Below are positions 8,920 through 18,323 of a stretch of DNA of 64,000 nucleotides, piece by piece (positions within the stretch are counted from its first letter, which is position 1; each line of letters starts with the position of its first letter). The position numbers and the translations under genes were made by a program. A model generated the notes under the pieces. That model did no database searches, was not told where the DNA came from, and saw nothing but the letters and a program-made list of their open reading frames with translations. Where the stretch lies: the IMG/VR virus record IMGVR_UViG_3300018080_000098, positions 285,794 through 349,793 of that record; one strand, written 5' to 3'.

Positions 8920-10278
8920 ATGCTGGGAACGATCCGAGTACGTCTCACCTCCGTGCTAGAGCGGGCACGTATCCTTTCAAAGATCCAAGATTTAGCAAGA
9001 GTTTTGGCACGTTACGTATGCCGACTCATAGGAGCGCGAATATTCAGGCACGAGATCCGGGGGATACTTTCAGAGTATGACAATGCTCAGAAAGAGGTCC
9101 TTGATCTGAAGGAAGACCTGGACAATTCGGTACGGAAGAACCGGTTGTTCAGGGCTATACACGAGCTAGCTGGAACGGTATTTTCCTCGCCTTCTGAAGT
9201 AGTTAGCACAGCAACTCGATATGGTGTAGATGGGGATGACGTGTGGTTTCTTTACGCAGCGTTATCAGAGGATGATGTTAGTGAGATAGCGTCGTTTGTT
9301 CTATCGGAGAGCGACTACTCGGACGAAGAAGTTCTACAAATATTGAAGGATACGTCGTACTTGGCGCGGCGTTTAGTACATCGGAAGTTGTGGTTTATTT
9401 TGGCTCACGATCCGATGTTTGAGAGTGCGGAGGATCTGGTTGGGGAGCTGCATGTAGCGGTGTTGCGAGTGATCCGGGAGTACGAGGTACAGTGCACAAC
9501 AAGTGCGCACATGACAGCTAGGGTAGCGAAGTCTGTGAAGAACGAAGCTATCAATCTGGTGGAAAAGCATGGACGGGAGAAACGTCGGGTGGTGGGGCGT
9601 GTACGGGAAAGTCGAGCTCAGCGGGTGTTGTACCATTTGGATGTGCAGAGTGGGGTGGTAACGGAGGTGGAGGTATTTGCGCATCGGGAGCTTCGGCAGG
9701 TACGGGGTGGAAACGTATTGGTAGCGGTGCGAAATTTGACAACGCGTGAGTGGATGGTGGTGCACCACAAGCGGCTGTACGAATCGATGGAGGAGGCGGA
9801 ACACGCGCGTTCTTTGCGGCTAGCTGGTAGGCGCAGCAAGCGGGCACGGTACGCAGACCTGGCTCCTCAGGACATTGACGACTTCCAGCTGAACGTGTTA
9901 TCTATCGATGTGATGGACGAACGTCAAGGAGCTCGTCCTTTCGCGGAGACGTGTGCAGCGGAGGAGCGTACGTGGAAGCTGGACGACGGGCAGCGGCGGG
10001 AAGACATTCTGAAGAGCATCAGTCCGCGCAGCCGTCCATTCGTGGAGCTCGTGTTCGAGTCTGCGGTGGACGAGCTTTTCGACGCGTGGTGTGAGGACCA
10101 CGGGTACAATACGGCTACCTTCGACCTGGCGAAAATGGGCCGCGTAGCATGTCGGTACTTACGTGTGACGAAGCAGCAGCTGCGGAAAGACCTAGCCGAT
10201 ACTCCGGCTGCACTGTGGAGCGATCAGCAGATTGACTTGATTCTAGACCACACTTCTGGTACAACGGTTGACAACTAA
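8920..10278 (+). CDS. Sigma-factor-like protein (region 2-like segment)
   Basis: AEDLVGELHVAVLRVIREYE...VAKSVKNEAINLVEKH resembles sigma region 2; C-terminal helical segment may be an HTH. Start moved to ATG 8920. Confidence 0.5.
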   Translation: MLGTIRVRLTSVLERARILSKIQDLARVLARYVCRLIGARIFRHEIRGILSEYDNAQKEVLDLKEDLDNSVRKNRLFRAIHELAGTVFSSPSEVVSTATRYGVDGDDVWFLYAALSEDDVSEIASFVLSESDYSDEEVLQILKDTSYLARRLVHRKLWFILAHDPMFESAEDLVGELHVAVLRVIREYEVQCTTSAHMTARVAKSVKNEAINLVEKHGREKRRVVGRVRESRAQRVLYHLDVQSGVVTEVEVFAHRELRQVRGGNVLVAVRNLTTREWMVVHHKRLYESMEEAEHARSLRLAGRRSKRARYADLAPQDIDDFQLNVLSIDVMDERQGARPFAETCAAEERTWKLDDGQRREDILKSISPRSRPFVELVFESAVDELFDAWCEDHGYNTATFDLAKMGRVACRYLRVTKQQLRKDLADTPAALWSDQQIDLILDHTSGTTVDN

Positions 10279-11179
10279 AGCACCGAGAATTCACCGACGC
10301 CTTTGCGAATGGTGTAACAGATTCTACAGCGGCCCTACGGGTACACGGTGCACCTGTGGAAGCATGGGACGGATTTTTACCCGCCCTTTCGGCTCAGCTA
10401 AACGGGACAGACTTATGGATCACATACCTTTCAACCACACCTTTTTCCACATCGCTACGGTGACTCCTAATTGGGAACCCTACGACCCGAACGACCCAGG
10501 TTTTCCTCACCCCGTGCACCATCAACCTATAGGTGCTAGCCTTCTTCGCTTGACCAAGGAGAAGGACGAAGATGGGGAAGCCCAAGTTGCGGTCACCATC
10601 ACCTCGAAGGTCATCAAGAACCTCGAGCAGGAGGAGCGAGGTCTGGTAGCTGCCTTCTTCGAGAAAGTACCAGGGGAAACCTCCTTCCTGGTGTCGTTCA
10701 ACGGGCGCTCCTTCGCCCTTCCTGTGATGGTCTACCGAGCTCTGAGGCACGGTGTGAACGCGTCCAAGTACCTCCAGGAACAGGAAGTGTTCACCGCGCG
10801 CTACTCGTCGCAACACGTCGACTTGGCGGACTTCCTCTCGGGCTACGGAACACTCGCCCAAGATGGGGCGTCTCTATCCCTCTACGCGCAGATGCTCGGG
10901 CTTGCCAAGCGCCCCTACCTCAAGGTAGAGGAAGCCTTCCAGAAGGGTCAAACAGACGCCATTAAGGAACGTTTGGAGGTGGACGTCCTGATTATGGCAG
11001 CCATCTTCTTCCGGCTCCTACTTTCACAAGGGCGCCTTACTCTGGATAGCTTTCGAGCTGTATCCAAACTCACTCTGCGTAAATATTTCGATCAGAACGA
11101 TCTGGCTGCCAAGTACCTCGAAGACTCAAACATTACTGAGTACTTCCGAGGTGGCGTACCAGCTGAGAAGAAAAAATGA
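10268..11179 (+). CDS. PolB-type 3'-5' exonuclease-like protein (DNA_pol_B_exo2-like), likely inactive, with N-terminal Cys cluster
   Basis: LVSFNGRSFALPVMVYRALRHGV and RYSSQHVDLADFLSGYG match the family as I recall it; acidic Exo I/II residues are replaced. Confidence 0.7.
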   Translation: MTTKAPRIHRRLCEWCNRFYSGPTGTRCTCGSMGRIFTRPFGSAKRDRLMDHIPFNHTFFHIATVTPNWEPYDPNDPGFPHPVHHQPIGASLLRLTKEKDEDGEAQVAVTITSKVIKNLEQEERGLVAAFFEKVPGETSFLVSFNGRSFALPVMVYRALRHGVNASKYLQEQEVFTARYSSQHVDLADFLSGYGTLAQDGASLSLYAQMLGLAKRPYLKVEEAFQKGQTDAIKERLEVDVLIMAAIFFRLLLSQGRLTLDSFRAVSKLTLRKYFDQNDLAAKYLEDSNITEYFRGGVPAEKKK

Positions 11180-11418
11180 CCCCAGACAACGCACCTGCTA
11201 CTGAACCACGAGCAGCCGCGAAATCCTCCACTCGGAAGAGGAAGTCTACTCGTAAGTCGCTCAAAATTTCGCACGACCCAGAAGAGTGCAGTCACACCAT
11301 CTTTCGCTACACACCCAAACGAGCTCGTCAAATCTGTGTATCCTGCAAGTCCGTGCGTCGTATTAGCATCAAAGCAGACAACACCGCCACCGTAGGTCCG
11401 TGGCGCCCACCTGCGTAG
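11176..11418 (+). CDS. Small basic protein, possible Zn ribbon
   Basis: ATGA overlap; CSH...CVSC. Confidence 0.55.
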   Translation: MTPDNAPATEPRAAAKSSTRKRKSTRKSLKISHDPEECSHTIFRYTPKRARQICVSCKSVRRISIKADNTATVGPWRPPA

Positions 11419-11445
11419 AATTGCTGTTGTAAGAAGGAGGGGGAT

Positions 11446-11961
11446 TTAGCGCAGGTCTGCGTTGGCGCAGCTCTGCTCGAACTCGCGGGCTGTCGTCCAG
11501 TGATCCAGACAGGCAGCGCACTGAACACTACCATCGGGCTGCTTGTCGAAGAGAGCTCCCGTTCTGCAGGTGGGGCACTCGAGGCAATCCTGGCAGATAG
11601 CGGGCTCGTCGGTGCCCAGTCTGCTCCAGGCGGTCCTGTGAGGATGGTACACGTCTTTACCGCACACCCGGCAAATGGGGGCAGCTTCCGCGTACGCTTT
11701 GTGGATAACCTCTCGGTCGAGCTCGAGGCGCGTGCGCCAACGAGCTTGACATTTCGTGCACCGTACCGCGGTCAGCTTCTGCTTCGTGGCCACACAGATG
11801 TAGGGTTCTGTCTGGAAGCACTCCTCAGCGGGGGTGCCACACTCAGGGCAGCTGTGGCAGCTGCGACAAACGGAGACGCTGTAGAAGCTGATACTGTGTA
11901 TCCGATGGCACACAGCGCATTCACCCTGGATTGATTCTTTGACTTGTCCGTAATCTTGCAT
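11446..11961 (-). CDS. Multi-CxxC zinc-finger protein
   Basis: At least 7 CxxC pairs in 171 aa. Confidence 0.7.
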   Translation of the reverse strand: MQDYGQVKESIQGECAVCHRIHSISFYSVSVCRSCHSCPECGTPAEECFQTEPYICVATKQKLTAVRCTKCQARWRTRLELDREVIHKAYAEAAPICRVCGKDVYHPHRTAWSRLGTDEPAICQDCLECPTCRTGALFDKQPDGSVQCAACLDHWTTAREFEQSCANADLR

Positions 11962-12019
11962 GAGTCACCTCCGCTACCGTCCCCTTCAATTTAACAACTC
12001 GGCTGTACTTTGTCAAGTA

Positions 12020-13414
12020 TTAGTTGAGATCTGACGAAGAGGGTGCGGAATTCCAGAGGGGTCTCCAGCCTGCCAGTTTTTGCTTCAGCATTTCTTCCTG
12101 AATATGATTCAGGCTCATTGTGAGTGCTTCGTGGAGCTCGGAGCGTCCTGTTGCGAAGGGCGCGGTGACGTCGTCCGTTTCCATGCTTTCCACCACTTCG
12201 AGGGACTCCTCGACGTAGCGTTTGGCGACTACCAGGTTGCCGTATCGATTCATGAGTACGGACATGTTGCTCAGCGCTGCCACGAGGCTGGATTTGTGTT
12301 GGTCGGATTGCTCTGCGAGTTTTCTGCTTCGTGTGATGGCACGTCGGAATGTTTCTTGCGCTTCTACAAGGTTGCCTTGCACGCCGTGTACGATACCCAG
12401 CTCGTTCATGTAATTGGTGTGTTGGTCCTGAAAGTAGGTGTTCAGAGGGACCTTATCCATTGCTACTGAGCACCACTTCATTGCGTAGTGGAAGTTTTCG
12501 CGGGCGTCGTCCCACGATTCCGCTACACTGTAAAGCTCTGCTTTCTTGTGGAAGGCTACGCTGGCAAGGAAGGCACCTTTGGCGGTGATTTTTCTTTTGG
12601 GGATGGTAGTGACCCGATGGATTGCTTCCTCCACCATTTGGATGCACTTTCTGTGTTTATCTCTCATCATGAGTACCTCGGCGTAACCGAGGAGCGCTGC
12701 TACGTGGTCAATTGAGTTAAGCTTGTGGCTTTTTACTAGTGTTGAATAGAGTTCGTCAGCCAGCCCAACAGCTGCTCCTACTCGTGGCTCATCTTCATCA
12801 TCGTGGAATATTCGTGCTAGTAGCCACGCACTAGGTGCAGCTCTTTTAGTGATTCGCAGTTCCACGTAATCAGGGTCGTCGGTTTCGTACGTCTTTTTGA
12901 ATGCTTCTACACCAGCGGCCACATCCAGGATGGAGATAAGGTTGTGTTGTGCAAACTTGTATTCCTTCATCGTGTTCAGTGCGAGAGCAATATGGAACAG
13001 GAAATCCAGGCCAGCCTCTACGTAATGGAAGGGTGCGTTATCTATGTCTGTATGTTTTTTCAATATTTGGAAGGCTCCTCCCAGCAGCGCGAGGGATGCC
13101 ATTGGGTCTTCATAGACCATCCCATAGCATTCCTTTTCTAGGAAGAGCTGTTTGATGAACAAAGAGTATTGTAGCTCATCCTCTTCACGAAGTCCTTCCG
13201 GCGGGTAGTTCGTGAATATGTAAAGGAGGTCGCTTGTTTGTTTGGACTGGCGCATCCCGGTTGAGATCTCTTCGAACTCGTTGAGTGTAGCTATCGCTAC
13301 TGAGACGTATTCCGCGTTGTAACCTTTGGGAAGGTTATCCCGCAGACCTACCAGGATAGAATGTACAAGGCGTGCGTTTGGCATTGGTGTTTGCATAACA
13401 GCAGTTATACTCAT
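12020..13414 (-). CDS. TPR-like alpha-helical repeat protein
   Basis: C-terminal helical repeats such as MNELGIVHGVQGNLVEAQETFRRA and LSNMSVLMNRYGNLVVAKRYVEESL. Confidence 0.7.
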   Translation of the reverse strand: MSITAVMQTPMPNARLVHSILVGLRDNLPKGYNAEYVSVAIATLNEFEEISTGMRQSKQTSDLLYIFTNYPPEGLREEDELQYSLFIKQLFLEKECYGMVYEDPMASLALLGGAFQILKKHTDIDNAPFHYVEAGLDFLFHIALALNTMKEYKFAQHNLISILDVAAGVEAFKKTYETDDPDYVELRITKRAAPSAWLLARIFHDDEDEPRVGAAVGLADELYSTLVKSHKLNSIDHVAALLGYAEVLMMRDKHRKCIQMVEEAIHRVTTIPKRKITAKGAFLASVAFHKKAELYSVAESWDDARENFHYAMKWCSVAMDKVPLNTYFQDQHTNYMNELGIVHGVQGNLVEAQETFRRAITRSRKLAEQSDQHKSSLVAALSNMSVLMNRYGNLVVAKRYVEESLEVVESMETDDVTAPFATGRSELHEALTMSLNHIQEEMLKQKLAGWRPLWNSAPSSSDLN

Positions 13415-13432
13415 AAGTAGCTAAGAAGTCAA

Positions 13433-14065
13433 CTACTTCGGCATCCATATCTTTTGTTTCCAGAGGATAGTGCTTTTCTTGTTTCGGTGCAGGACGTTCC
13501 AGAGCAGTGTACTATCTATGTCTAGTTGCAGTTTGTCTATAGGTATTTGGACGCCGCCTGTAAGTACCTGGACGCCACCTACAAGCTGTTTCTTATTCCA
13601 GTCTTCCTTGACGTTATTCAGCTGTATCCCATGACGGGTTGCGGCTGCTTTTACATTTTCCCACCCCTTCTTGGCGAGTGTAAGCGCTTCTTCTTTTGTG
13701 ACGTGTACCGCCAGTGACATGACCCCATTTTTACCTTGGAGCGCCCAAGATCCGTCTTCGATAGCGACGTATTCCTTCATCTGGATGATGACTGCTTCTC
13801 GTAGCAGGTTAACAGAATCTTGCGCGGTCTCTTTCGCGATGTCTTTGACGAGGCCCTGCTTGAGCGCTTTGTTCATGAGCGCTATCGTGGGAGGGGCCAT
13901 GTTGTCCACTGGTTTGAAGTTCGTTTCTATCCAGTACTGAGGATGGACAACAACTTCTACACCTGCATGTGAAGGATGTTCCTCTTCAAGGAGCGGAGAG
14001 GGGGATGCAGCATTCTGCTTTCCGCGCAATCGAGCTAATATATTTGAAAGTACTTTCCCAACCAT
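13433..14065 (-). CDS. Hypothetical protein
   Basis: 210-aa ORF in co-directional run. Confidence 0.65.
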   Translation of the reverse strand: MVGKVLSNILARLRGKQNAASPSPLLEEEHPSHAGVEVVVHPQYWIETNFKPVDNMAPPTIALMNKALKQGLVKDIAKETAQDSVNLLREAVIIQMKEYVAIEDGSWALQGKNGVMSLAVHVTKEEALTLAKKGWENVKAAATRHGIQLNNVKEDWNKKQLVGGVQVLTGGVQIPIDKLQLDIDSTLLWNVLHRNKKSTILWKQKIWMPK

Positions 14066-14068
14066 CAG

Positions 14069-14449
14069 CTACACACGATAACCTTTGCCAGTAGTCTTCT
14101 CTTCAATATTATTCAGAATGCTTTCGCACGTATCACTGATGAACACGTCGATGGCTTCCTTTAGCGACAGTGCTGGTCGCATACGTTCTGCGAGCACCTT
14201 CATCTTTTCTGGGCTAGCTTCCTGCTTTTTCATCACCTGAAGAGACATCATGATTGCGGTCGAGTGGTTCGCCAACTTCTCTGCAATCTCCAGGATGGGA
14301 GCGAGCTCCTGCAGGTCAGCTATCAACGCTTTGATGTTGTGGCACTTGGGGTCAATTTTCGTTTGCCACTTTGTTGTCTTCTCGGGAGGAGGCCCAAGGG
14401 GGTTGTCAACACTTCCAGGTTCAGCTGCACTTCGTTTGTCGTTTGCCAT
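14069..14449 (-). CDS. Hypothetical protein
   Basis: GAGG RBS before ATG; packed against next gene. Confidence 0.65.
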   Translation of the reverse strand: MANDKRSAAEPGSVDNPLGPPPEKTTKWQTKIDPKCHNIKALIADLQELAPILEIAEKLANHSTAIMMSLQVMKKQEASPEKMKVLAERMRPALSLKEAIDVFISDTCESILNNIEEKTTGKGYRV

Positions 14450-14506
14450 GATTTCACCTCTCTACGTATTTTACAAGATACGGATTGGGGGATACACGGG
14501 GGTAGA

Positions 14507-15178
14507 TTAGTCGGAACTTTCTATTGTTCTGGCATCGATTAGCTTCTCTAAACGGTCACATTCATTGAGTAATTTTATATCGTCGTCTTTGTGGCGGTCC
14601 AGATACGCTCGAGCTTCCTCCAGCATTTCTTTGAGGTTTTCGATAGTTCCAGTGTTCTGTTTGAGCGTCCACCCTACTAAGAAAATAAGTACGTTTGCTG
14701 CGTCACGATACTTCTCTATGACCTTGAATGCGTCGATAGCAGCTTGCATGTACCATCCAGCTTCCTGCACGTTCATTTCAGTGGAGTAGCTGTCGAGTGC
14801 GTTGATGTACTGTCTTCCTTCTCGGTACAACGTTAACGCGATTCCAGGCATTGCTTTCCGAATAGCTTCTTCTCGGAGCTCATCTACGCGCTGCTTCACT
14901 CGGGTCCGTGCTCGTGCGGAAGGAGACTCCTTTGGGGGAGCTCGCTTCTTCACCCTTTGGGCTACAGCGCGTCTGCGCTGTTTAGCCTTTTGAGCTCGGG
15001 GGCGTCTTGGAGGGCCCACTCGAGGCTTCACTGCTGGTACCAGGTCTTCCACTTCTTCCCCGTCGGAGTTTCCTTCTTCGATTAGAGAGGGCTCGTCTGA
15101 TGTGACAATACCACCGAGGAAGGCCAAACGGTTACCCCAAGCGGCTTCTTGGGGGTCTTTTTTACGCTTCTTCGTCAC
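14507..15178 (-). CDS. Hypothetical protein with basic N-terminal half
   Basis: 223-aa ORF, GTG start overlapping upstream stop. Confidence 0.6.
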   Translation of the reverse strand: MTKKRKKDPQEAAWGNRLAFLGGIVTSDEPSLIEEGNSDGEEVEDLVPAVKPRVGPPRRPRAQKAKQRRRAVAQRVKKRAPPKESPSARARTRVKQRVDELREEAIRKAMPGIALTLYREGRQYINALDSYSTEMNVQEAGWYMQAAIDAFKVIEKYRDAANVLIFLVGWTLKQNTGTIENLKEMLEEARAYLDRHKDDDIKLLNECDRLEKLIDARTIESSD

Positions 15179-15755
15179 TGTACGGAATGGTGCTAAGGAG
15201 GTGGAAGGGTTTCTTTACCTGGTGGTCGTACTGGGCTGCGGTTTCCAAAGCGGTAAGCATAGGTTCCGCTGGACTGGGGAGGTTAGGTGCAGTTCTAGCT
15301 TTCTCTAGGATGGTGAGCGCTCCTTGTGCTACCCAGCCGCCGGACCCGATGGCGACGACTTGCGGCTCCGCTACTTCGAGCCAGCAATCCTTGTCGACGA
15401 TGAGGTACATGCTTCCGTTCATCCCTACCAAGATAGCGCTTCCGTCGTCGGAGTGGCGGTTGAAACTTTTCCACAGACTAGCTTTTTCCAGGATACTGGT
15501 AAGGAGCGTTTTAACGTACGAGAATGTGACCGACTTCTCGAGTGTTTCTTCAGCCAGCTCATCGTGAAGTGTGCATAGTACTGCAGCGTCTCCGGTAACT
15601 CCGATGAGGACTTGCTCATCGTTGCCTTCGATAGGAACGGTGATGATTTTTCTGGGGGACTTGGCTTCCCAGACAGCTCCGTCGGACAGGGTGAAGGCAG
15701 AGTCACACCCCATGTAAACGACGCCATTGTTCTGCAATGCTACGATACAGCTCAA
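15162..15755 (-). CDS. HslV/proteasome-beta-like Ntn peptidase
   Basis: MSCIVAL...MGCDSA N-terminus, a K33-like Lys (PRKII) and AIGSGG motif; TTG start with GAGG RBS. Confidence 0.7.
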   Translation of the reverse strand: MSCIVALQNNGVVYMGCDSAFTLSDGAVWEAKSPRKIITVPIEGNDEQVLIGVTGDAAVLCTLHDELAEETLEKSVTFSYVKTLLTSILEKASLWKSFNRHSDDGSAILVGMNGSMYLIVDKDCWLEVAEPQVVAIGSGGWVAQGALTILEKARTAPNLPSPAEPMLTALETAAQYDHQVKKPFHLLSTIPYSDEEA

Positions 15756-16324
15756 TCGAGCACCTCCTCTTGTGTTTGCCGGGCCTCTCGAAGGCCACCA
15801 ATTTTGTCCATTACCACTTCTTCTACCATCTTGTGAACTCGCTGGTAGCTGTCATCTGCTACGCTTTTCCGCCATTCATTCACAATATGCGGAAGCATGT
15901 GTAGTAGCACGTATTTGTTGTGTACGTCAAGATCAGATGGTGAAGCCATTCTTGCAGTACTGAGTGGGGGCGACTCCTCCAAATGGATGTTTATTTGTGG
16001 CGCACCTTTGCTGTCGAAAGTAAATGACATACATTTAATCTCGTTGAAGAACCTGGATTGCCGATGAAGGTTTCGATGTAAAGATTGGTCGGCGGGCGCT
16101 GCGGCTAGTGCATCCAGTACTTCATCTGAATTCGTTGGGACGATCGCTCGAGCTTTCTTCCCTTCAGCTTGCATCTCTTCGTGCACCTCGTTGAGCGCTT
16201 CGTTCAGCTCTTTCGAGATGATTTGGGAGAGTGTAGGGGACGTATTCAGCGTTGTCACGAGGATAGTCGCTGAGAATTTCTTGATGAAGCGAGCTTCGAG
16301 GTCGACGTTTTTATTTTTGGCCAC
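15752..16324 (-). CDS. Hypothetical protein
   Basis: 190-aa ORF, coupled overlaps at both ends. Confidence 0.6.
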   Translation of the reverse strand: MAKNKNVDLEARFIKKFSATILVTTLNTSPTLSQIISKELNEALNEVHEEMQAEGKKARAIVPTNSDEVLDALAAAPADQSLHRNLHRQSRFFNEIKCMSFTFDSKGAPQINIHLEESPPLSTARMASPSDLDVHNKYVLLHMLPHIVNEWRKSVADDSYQRVHKMVEEVVMDKIGGLREARQTQEEVLD

Positions 16325-16670
16325 GATCGACGATCTCCTTGCATGATAGGTAGCCGATAGCTTCCATCATAGCGATTAGCCGCACAGCTTCTGAGGCGAT
16401 GCTTACCGCTACCTGGTTGTCTTCGTGGCTTTTGAGGATCTCGGCCACTTCGAGGAGGATATCTTTCCCGAGGAGGTCGTGGAGCGCTTGCCCCATGGTG
16501 ACCACTCCAAAGAGGAAAGAGTTGTCTTGTGCAGCGAGCAGTGTCTGCAGCTCCTTTGGAATAAGGGGAAGGAGTTGTTGGACACGTTCCAGGTTGGGTG
16601 CTTCCTTGACGACCTGTTGTGCGTACTCGAGGTCGAGGGGAGGAAGATTATCTTGGGGTGTAGAATCCAT
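16311..16670 (-). CDS. Hypothetical protein
   Basis: Start moved to ATG 16670 (MDSTPQ). Confidence 0.6.
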   Translation of the reverse strand: MDSTPQDNLPPLDLEYAQQVVKEAPNLERVQQLLPLIPKELQTLLAAQDNSFLFGVVTMGQALHDLLGKDILLEVAEILKSHEDNQVAVSIASEAVRLIAMMEAIGYLSCKEIVDRGQK

Positions 16671-16680
16671 GGTTGTCCTA

Positions 16681-16920
16681 CTAATTTTGCTTGTGGTGTT
16701 TGTTCCATAGGAGAATTGGTGGAGTGCCAAGCAGCGCAAAGGTTGTTACGAACGCTGCAAAGCTGGCCAACATTCCTACACTTGCTGCTACGGGTTCAAG
16801 GTAGTAGTCTCCTACTAGCTGTGCTTTGATGTACGACTTGAGCGGCAGTGTGAGGAAGAGGCTCAGAAAGAGTGCGGCAGCTCCTCCAACGGCGCCCATG
16901 ATGGAAGCCGTTCTACTCAT
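16681..16920 (-). CDS. Small two-TM membrane protein
   Basis: Two hydrophobic stretches. Confidence 0.55.
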   Translation of the reverse strand: MSRTASIMGAVGGAAALFLSLFLTLPLKSYIKAQLVGDYYLEPVAASVGMLASFAAFVTTFALLGTPPILLWNKHHKQN

Positions 16921-17377
16921 CAGAGCTTTCCTCTTTTTCTGCGTCCTCTCGGTCGGTCATGACGTTAGCCGCCATCCAACCTACACCTTCGACTACAGAG
17001 GAAACGGTGATGATGAGGCGGTCGGTGGGGTACTGTAGCTGTTCGCCGTTTATCTGGCTTCCGGGAGTGACCACACCTCTGGCTTGCTGTAGGGTAATGA
17101 GGCGTCTGCGGACATCGTCGAGTAGTGCTTTGAGACCGATGTCGTGGGCGCATTGAATGCCATTCAGAAAGCCCAGAACGAAGTCGTCGGGCTGCTCTTC
17201 CAGCATCTCTTTGATGCCTGTAGGCAGTTGGAGGATAATAGCTCGTGCTTGTGCTGTGTGATGCCATCCTTCAGCTACTTTACGGGCGAAGTCCATCCCG
17301 AGGGGCTGCATTTTTACCTTGGGTGGCTTTCCGTCTGCATCATCCGTCGCTGGTGCGGGTTTTTCATCTCCAGCCAT
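16913..17377 (-). CDS. Hypothetical protein
   Basis: Start moved to ATG 17377 (MAGDEKP), AAAGGA RBS. Confidence 0.6.
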   Translation of the reverse strand: MAGDEKPAPATDDADGKPPKVKMQPLGMDFARKVAEGWHHTAQARAIILQLPTGIKEMLEEQPDDFVLGFLNGIQCAHDIGLKALLDDVRRRLITLQQARGVVTPGSQINGEQLQYPTDRLIITVSSVVEGVGWMAANVMTDREDAEKEESSDE

Positions 17378-17402
17378 TGTGTTGTTCCTTTCACCTGTGA
17401 CT

Positions 17403-17750
17403 CTATCTTTTTTGCTTTCCAGTGTCAAGCTTGTTTGTCGACTTTTCTTTGCTAGCGTTAAGGAATCGTTTGAGTTTTTGCTTCAATTGCATCCATTTTA
17501 AAGGATTTCGTTTAGCTTGTGCTGCCCAGCGCCTGTAGTTTCGTGAAATATACGTGAGAATACCTATTCCGTTATCTTTTGGTAGTGTTTTTGTGTGCAT
17601 GATAGCTACTGCATCTTTTTGCTGTTGGGCAATGCGGTGAAGGTGATCTTTTTCACCCGCGTGCAGTTGCAGTAGACCGATTGCTGTGATAACAACCGTA
17701 ACCAGGATAAAGCTGCTCCTGAGAGCGAGCTCAAGCTTTCTTTTGGGCAT
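17403..17750 (-). CDS. Hypothetical protein with N-terminal TM helix
   Basis: SSFILVTVVITAIGLLQL segment. Confidence 0.55.
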   Translation of the reverse strand: MPKRKLELALRSSFILVTVVITAIGLLQLHAGEKDHLHRIAQQQKDAVAIMHTKTLPKDNGIGILTYISRNYRRWAAQAKRNPLKWMQLKQKLKRFLNASKEKSTNKLDTGKQKR

Positions 17751-17997
17751 CAGGAAGCAGCTGCGCGACTAGTTTAACGAAAACGGGAAGAGGAATCAGC
17801 CGACGGGAGCGCCCGGAGAGGCCACGAGATAGGTGGTCGATTTGGTCTTCTTCAATCTGCACCGAGACCAGGATTCTGGTTGGGTCTTCTTGGAATACTT
17901 CTTCTACTGTGACCACATTGCGCTCTATCAATGCGTCAAACGCGTCTGAGTGGACGACGATTAGCTCTGGAGAGGGTATTTTTGTGGAACCGGACAT
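17731..17997 (-). CDS. Hypothetical protein
   Basis: 88-aa ORF with RBS-like GAAGG. Confidence 0.55.
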   Translation of the reverse strand: MSGSTKIPSPELIVVHSDAFDALIERNVVTVEEVFQEDPTRILVSVQIEEDQIDHLSRGLSGRSRRLIPLPVFVKLVAQLLPDAQKKA

Positions 17998-18026
17998 GCG
18001 ACTACCTTCAAGCTGTTTGCGAAAAG

Positions 18027-18323
18027 CTAACTACTCTGCGAGTCTTCTTCTATTTTACAGTTTGACCTTCGGAAGTAGAGTTCGAGCACGGTGCCGACCG
18101 CGGCCACCGCGAGCACCGTAAAAAACCAACCTTCGGGGACAAACCAGGGATTGGTCGGGGTGAGCTTCGCGCACACCGCGAGAAACAGGAGGAACGCGAG
18201 GAGAACTCCGGCAGCGTACGCGGTAATGGCAACGCAAAGAAATCGAAGAACCGCTATCAAGGATAACAATCCATAGGGCAGATGGCGTAGACTTCCAGAC
18301 CGTCGCAGATACCGTTGCCGCAA
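18027..18323 (-). CDS. Small multi-TM membrane protein (start uncertain)
   Basis: Three hydrophobic segments; overlaps end of upstream gene. Confidence 0.45.
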   Translation of the reverse strand: MRQRYLRRSGSLRHLPYGLLSLIAVLRFLCVAITAYAAGVLLAFLLFLAVCAKLTPTNPWFVPEGWFFTVLAVAAVGTVLELYFRRSNCKIEEDSQSS

